This document shows positions 57,800 through 64,000 of a DNA stretch of 64,000 bases, in pieces. The stretch covers positions 49,166,001 to 49,230,000 of the forward strand of contig OZ024742.1 in NCBI GenBank assembly GCA_964016885.1. The letters run 5' to 3'. Both the position numbers and the translations under genes were made by a program. The notes under the pieces are model-generated. The model ran no database searches. It was not told the origin of the DNA and saw only the letters and a list, made by a program, of their open reading frames with translations. Numbering within the stretch: the stretch's first letter is position 1; each line of letters starts with the position of its first letter. The stretch comes from Eledone cirrhosa (taxonomy: Eukaryota).

Positions 57800-58336
57800 T
57801 TCTAATTTAGGAACAAGGCCAGCAATTTGGGTGAGAATGAAAGTCGATTAAACCGACCCCAGTACTTGACCCGTACATTATTGTATCGGATCCGGAAAGG
57901 GGGAAAGCCAATGCTGACTCTGTCGGTATGTAAACTCAGACCACAAAGAGCCAGAACAAATACTGCAAGGCATTTTGTCCGACGCTCTACTCATTCTGCC
58001 AATACACCAATACCTTTTGTTTTTAATTTAAGCTTAAGATCGGTAACATAGGGAAGTAGAAAGTTAATCCCATCGCCCTCAGTATTTAACTGGTACTTTA
58101 TTTTAACGCCCCTTGAAATGCTGGAAGACCATGTTGACCTCAGCAAAAAATTGGGTTCGCATCAAAAAAGAAGAGTGGTGGATTGGCAGAATTTGTAGAG
58201 CTTGACGTTATGTTATTTGTTCTGGTTCTTTACGTATTTAGTTTCAATTCAGCCCAGGTCAACATTGCTTTCTATCCTATTAATCAACACTTCCTCTCCC
58301 CCACATTGCTGGCCTTGTGCTTAAATTAGAAACCAA
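57800..58336. mobile_element. Cluster of three degenerate Meta-type SINEs (-,-,+)
   Basis: Family motifs at 57810-58000, 58040-58150 and 58175-58335. Confidence 0.6.
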
Positions 58337-60669
58337 TGATTATATTCGTTCAATCGTATGAATACAAATCCCTGTCAACGATACCGATATCAACTACAAT
58401 TTATTCTAGTGAGGAAATATATAAACGTCAACGTCAAATTTAATAAAAAGTGGTAGGCTCATGCACGGAGATGCTATAAAATAGTTTATACATTAGTGGA
58501 AAGGCCCTTAAAGACAGAAAAGAAAAGTTGCCTTCTCCGCGCATGAGCACATCACTCTTTATATTAACCTCATACCCTCAGTACTTTGTAAACGATAGAG
58601 AGATCAGCTACGTATGCACGATGTTTGTTTTCTAATTTTATGTTTAAATGTTATTCGATAATATTTTCATAATCTATTTTTAGTCCTTTTATAAACGTCG
58701 AGTTTTGCTTTTCAATAGAATAAAATACTAGTTAACTACTAGGAATTATTTAATAAGTTTTTCTATCACTCCAATTTTCTGACTTTGTTAGGCATCAATT
58801 TAGGTTGAAGACTAGTAATCCGAGGGAGCGAGGGTTATTTGGATTGCGTCGTCTCCAGTATTTGGCCGGTACTTTATTTAATCCATTCCGGAATCAGCGG
58901 CCGAGCAGCAGTGTTGAACATGGAGCGTTGTGGTTACAAATTAGATTTTCTAACCACGATCATATTTCGATTTAGTAGATGAGTACATTGAAGGTTGTGT
59001 AAGGTACATGTTTATTTGGTACATATTTCAAATAAAAAAAAATACAAAGAACAAGAGGCAACGCATGCTTTATAGAATTAAGTGAGTGACATGTGTTAAA
59101 ATGTGTATAAATCTTTGTAATAGAGGTTAACGTGTGCCTGTTGGTAAATACATGCAACAGATGGTGACATATGTATAGTGCTGTGTGTTTTATCATCTTT
59201 AGAGTTTTCTCTAATGTACATGTATGCCTTATATACATACATACGCACCTACACACATGTAAATTACTATGTAACAAATATTGACTTGTGTTAAGGAGAG
59301 AGTTTGTTTTTAAGACACGAAATAGATGTATGATAAGACTTGCTTAATGATGAGTTTTCTGTACTGAATAAAATGGTGACTAGTTGAAATATATGTAGCA
59401 TATGTGATGTCATGTAAACACATGGTTAACATGTGTTCTGATGAGTATCTTCCAATACATAATGAGTTCTCATATTGGCACAAGGCCAAAAATACATTCG
59501 TAGGGTAGCAGGTACAGTCGATTTAATGGACTTCATGTCTAAATGAATAGTATTTACTTTATCGACTCCCGAGGTATGATAGACACAACTCTTACCCATT
59601 TGCATTACATCGTACTAGAGTCTATAAAATAAAGTACCTGTTATGTAATACTATTCTATGGATTGCTTCATTATTATGATTGTGTCTATGTTAAAATTGA
59701 AAGAACTGTTAGAGCATCGGTCAAAATCTGTTGCGGTATTTGGACCGATACTTTACGATCTGAGTCAAATCACGCCGAGGTTGACTTCAACTTACGTCAT
59801 TACGGACCAATGTAATAGACTTTTCTCTCGGACCACAATTGCTGGTCTTATGTCCAAAATAAAAACCCATATAATTTTTTCCGTTGTTGTTCATGGTGTA
59901 GCCACAGATTAGCCCTGAGAGATCAAACAGACAGATCTACGATGAAACCTCATTTTTTTCAACCGTGAGTAATGTATTTTCTTCTGGAATGGGGAACACT
60001 AGATATCATTATCCGGAATCTCTAACCTTTTAAAAGAGAGTACGTTGTAATTTGGCTGCTATTTCTAACAGGAGGAGTCAACACATGAAAGTTCTCTCAT
60101 TTGTTCCTTGCTGTTGCTGCATTTTTCGGTTATCATAACCAGTAGAATATCGGACAAAATATCTTGCCGTTGTTATTTATTGTCCTTATGTTCTGAGTTG
60201 AGCTTCATAATTTATCCTGTCGGTATCTCTAAAATAATTGTAAATAGAAAAGACTATCTCCATATCATTCAGGGGAAAGGCAAATTGCTCTACTTCTCTG
60301 AAAATAAGACAATTTTTTTCAGATTTAAACTATTTTCAAAAGACAAATGATTAACAATGCATTTTCCCTTTTGAAAAAGAACAATTTAGATAAACCATAA
60401 AAATGTTGACCGATCCTGTTGGATAAAAACATTTACACTATTGAAGTTAATATCTTTTCAACTCCCGCAGTTTCATAAACATCTATTTTACTGTAGTGAT
60501 ACTCTGAGGAACGCCCTTGCAAACAGGTCCATTGTCCGTTATCGGAGTTTCTATGGTCTTCCTATTCAGTTGATATGATAATATTCTCTTCTTCTTCATT
60601 TACGGTAAACGATACACCCTTCTCCCCTTAAGATATGAAATAGTGGCCAAAGAAAAGACATTAATGTTG

Positions 60670-60810
60670 GAAGTTACGGCCTTTTATTATCTGAGTTCAA
60701 ATCCCGCCGAGGTTAACTTTTCTTTTCATCCTTACGGGGTCGATAAAATAAAGCACCAGTAATGCACTGGTATAATTGCTGGCCTTGTGCCAAAAGGTAG
60801 GAACAATTAA
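60670..60810 (+). mobile_element. Meta-type SINE, 5'-truncated
   Basis: B box and central domain intact. Confidence 0.85.
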
Positions 60811-60875
60811 TGCTGGAAGTTTTCCAAACCTTTCATTCAGTGTCTTAAAAAAAACAGAACATAAGTTTTACTCAC

Positions 60876-60943
60876 CTGAATGCATCATCGCAAATTGATC
60901 TTTCATATTTAAAGTCTTCATTTCATCATTTCCAAATGTCTTT
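60876..60943 (-). CDS. Candidate 68-nt exon of an unknown gene
   Basis: Acceptor TTCTTATTTAG, consensus donor CAG|GTGAGT, open frame KTFGNDEMKTLNMKDQFAMMHS. A possible upstream donor AAG|GTAAAT lies at 61105/61104. Confidence 0.5.
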
Positions 60944-61543
60944 CTAAATAAGAAGCATATATATTTTTTTATTAGTGATTGGATAACATAAAATTTCAAA
61001 TATTTCTGGGAATATTATCGACATTTCTTTTCCCAACATTTGAAGGTGTAGGTCACTTATGTGTGTATCCGTTTCTACACGATTTTATTTCCATGGTTAT
61101 TTACCTTTTAACACTCCGGTTCCTACTAATTTTTAAATGTCAGAGGGAAATGACCTAATGGCAGAGCCGTAAGAGGACGTTCTCAGTACAAATATATACA
61201 TACACACACACACACACACATCTTTTGTCTATGTATATAACAAGACTGACTCCAGTTAGTGAGTACGTTTTACGCTTTCGACATCAAATATTTTATACAA
61301 ATGTAAAATATAAAATATTTCATGTTAAAATTCTAGCTGTCATATAATTCACACAGACTCATTTATATATAAAACCAGGCACACATTGTCAAACACAAAC
61401 GTACATATGCTATATATATATATACTGTATATATATGCAAACACAAGCAAGCCAGAACCACACACACACACAAACAAATATATATATATATACACACGCA
61501 GTTAGAGGGAATGGCTAACGCTATCTCATTCTCTCTCTCTCAT

Positions 61544-61610
<67 letters not shown>

Positions 61611-61854
61611 TCGCTGTATATGTGTATGTATGTATATATTTCATGATTAAAAATGACAAACACAGACAATTATACAGTCTTATCAGTTTCACGCTTGTGG
61701 GTATATATATATATATATATGTGAGTGTGTGTGTGTGTGTGTATCTTTATCGTGTACATTAATACACGCCTTGTGGTTAATGCAGTATGCTGACTGCCGC
61801 CATTACTTCTACTTTAGATTGTAAAACACCGCCGGAAATATACATCAGGTGCGC

Positions 61855-62185
<331 letters not shown>

Positions 62186-62247
62186 TATATATATGTGTGC
62201 GTGTGTGTGTGTGTGTTTGTGTGAATATATATATATATATAACTATA

Positions 62248-62587
62248 TGGAGGCACATGGATTAGGGGTTAGAGCATTGGCCTTGCAATCGAAAGGTTGT
62301 GAGTTCAATTCTCAAACCGGGTGATGTGTTGTTTCCTTGAGCAAGACACTTTATTTCACATTGCTCCAGTTTACTCAGCTGTAGAAATGAGATGATAGGG
62401 ACTGGGGTCGATATCATTCCACTGCAAAGTGGTCGTGGAGGTGCCACAGCAAAAAAGCACCCACCACTCACAGCAAATGAGGTTGGTGTTAGGAAGGGCA
62501 TCCAGCTGTAGAAATCAAGCCAGAATCAGTTCCCGTCCCACCCTTGCAAGCAGGGAAAAGCGGGCGTAAAATGATGATGATGATGAT
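62248..62587 (+). mobile_element. CORE-type SINE with (TGA)n tail
   Basis: A/B boxes, CCTTGAGCAAGACACTT core, ends GGGCGTAAAA(TGA)n. Confidence 0.8.
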
Positions 62588-62811
62588 ATGAAGGTTTATG
62601 AATGGATGTATATATATTAGGTATAGGATTACCCAAGATGTAGTACTGGTTAATTACTACACTGGATATGGTTGACGTACGGTGAGAGGTTACTCTACGA
62701 GTTATGGAAGAATTGTTGAAGAAACTTAGTTCCTGATCCTTCTGTATTCCGGAGTGTATATAAAGAATGAATAATAACTGGTAGACATCAAAAAAGGTAA
62801 TTTATTCCGTG

Positions 62812-62923
62812 TGCTTACAAATGTTTCCACGGTGGTACTACAGCCTAGTTATGCTATGTGCAAATTTACAAGTATTTGCAGAACTCAAATATCCAATGCT
62901 GTGACCACTGTATCCTCAGAGCA
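62812..62923 (-). ncRNA. Type I HHR with long stem II insertion
   Basis: Minus strand: TGCT-CTGAGGA-TACAGTGGT.ACAGC...GCTGT..ACCACCGTG-GAAA-CATTTG-TA-AGCA. Confidence 0.75.
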
Positions 62924-63429
62924 GAATGGTAAAATGTACAATGTAAATACTCTTAAGTGGGGTTGTTGGGGAAGATAGATTAGAAAAGGAAGAGAGAAAA
63001 GTAGGGGAGAGGGAGAGAGAGAGAAAGATATGCAGGGGTTGGAGAAGTAGGAGAGAGTGGTTTGTAGATATCTTAATCAAAATGTTATGGTAGGGGTTTT
63101 ATTATACTGGTTACTTTTGGAGAGATGCGTTGATAGTTAAGGTCGGAATTATTTATTGCCCCAGAGGGCAGGTTCATAGATGTGGAGAGGGAGGTAGGCC
63201 AAAGGCGAGAGAGAGAGAGAGAGTGTAATGGATGTAGAGAGAGAGGTAGAGAGGGGACAGACGAAGTTTATGTGGTGAGTGAACTTTGGGTTTGTAGTAG
63301 TAATCTACGAATTACACTGAGTTACCATTTATAGTGATAAGCAGTGTATTGTCTTGTAGTGTGGGGGAAGAGAAGGTGGTTAGCTAGAAAGCGATGTTAT
63401 AGTTACGGGTTCGAATGTTAAGTTATTTT

Positions 63430-63850
63430 ATAGTGAGAGAATTTAGCTTTCAGTTTGTGGTTGCAGTATAATGATCGTTCAATTCTATCGTTAAGTAGTT
63501 TGTTTTTTGGATTTTAATGTGTAAAAGAGTTCAAAGTTACATAACCTGCAGTACTTCAATCCACTCCGATATGCACTTGCGCTGGAAAGTATATCCCATT
63601 TTAAGGTGAACTGTTGGTTGCGTTCACGGAGTTACCAGGTCTTGTTGGCGAGCGTGGTCACACAACGGTGATTAGGATGTTTGATTGAGAATCGATGACG
63701 GTATCAGCGAGATTTAAACGAGGTGGTGGTAGATCCGATATAATACCATTTCTGGTCGTTCGATTCAACCGTGCATTGGTAAACAATGTTGGACTTTAGG
63801 CATTGAGTCTTCAATGGACATCTTTCAGGTAGATGGCAGTTACATTCTTT
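63430..63850 (-). pseudogene. PLE GIY-YIG endonuclease, disrupted (absent from the ORF track)
   Basis: Hand translation: ECNCHLPERCPLKTQCLKSNIVYQCTVESNDQKWYYIGSTTTSFKSR*YRHRFS...TTLANKTW*LRE...LKWDILSSASAYRSGLKYCRLCNFE; colinear with the 9965 ORF. Confidence 0.9.
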
Positions 63851-64000
63851 GTTGTGGGTAGCGGGTATACCATGGATAGGTTGTGATAGCGGTACAGGTG
63901 GATTGTGTAATACCCGTCTCCCATTTAGTGGTTGGGAGGCAGATATTACTTTCTGCCCATCTGTTACTAAAATGTTTTGTTTTGTAGAGTTGTTTAATTG

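Larger units (their letters stand above)
62615..64000 (-). mobile_element. Penelope-like element 3' part (runs off the window)
   Basis: GIY-YIG pseudogene, 3' UTR, HHR, tail and (TA)n in the expected order on the minus strand. Confidence 0.85.

Noticed and set aside
63700-63710. In-frame TGA as selenocysteine (some Naiad PLEs encode Sec)
   Set aside because: It aligns to a Leu/Trp-type position rather than a Cys, the frame also has a TAA and a frameshift, and I saw no SECIS.

Overview
Eukaryotic, AT-rich, microsatellite-saturated non-coding DNA. The SINE families and (TA)n/(CA)n/(ATGT)n/(GATA)n density suggest a cephalopod (Octopus-like) genome; this is an inference. Almost all ORFs in the track are microsatellite translations. 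Real coding remnants are two Penelope-like element (PLE) GIY-YIG endonuclease fragments (9.9-10.6 kb +; 63.4-64 kb -), RTE and Tx1-like LINE 3' ends, and possibly a few small minus-strand exons. The main signal is RNA-level. By hand I count 16 type I hammerhead ribozyme (HHR) motifs with an intact CUGANGA/GAAA/UH core, plus several degenerate or half motifs, from about 8 sequence families, nearly all inserted in (TA)n. The centrepiece is an ORF-less array of apparently identical 310-bp units (12271-13415), each carrying a minimal HHR, i.e. a retrozyme-like circular-RNA retroelement. It lies in a 3.2-kb nest of 10 HHRs. Around it are fold-back palindromes carrying back-to-back HHRs, a 7-copy 'half-hammerhead' fold-back family, a shared 3'-tail motif across families, and an RTE-derived element whose 5' end resembles a twister ribozyme. 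All structures were derived by eye, not computed.
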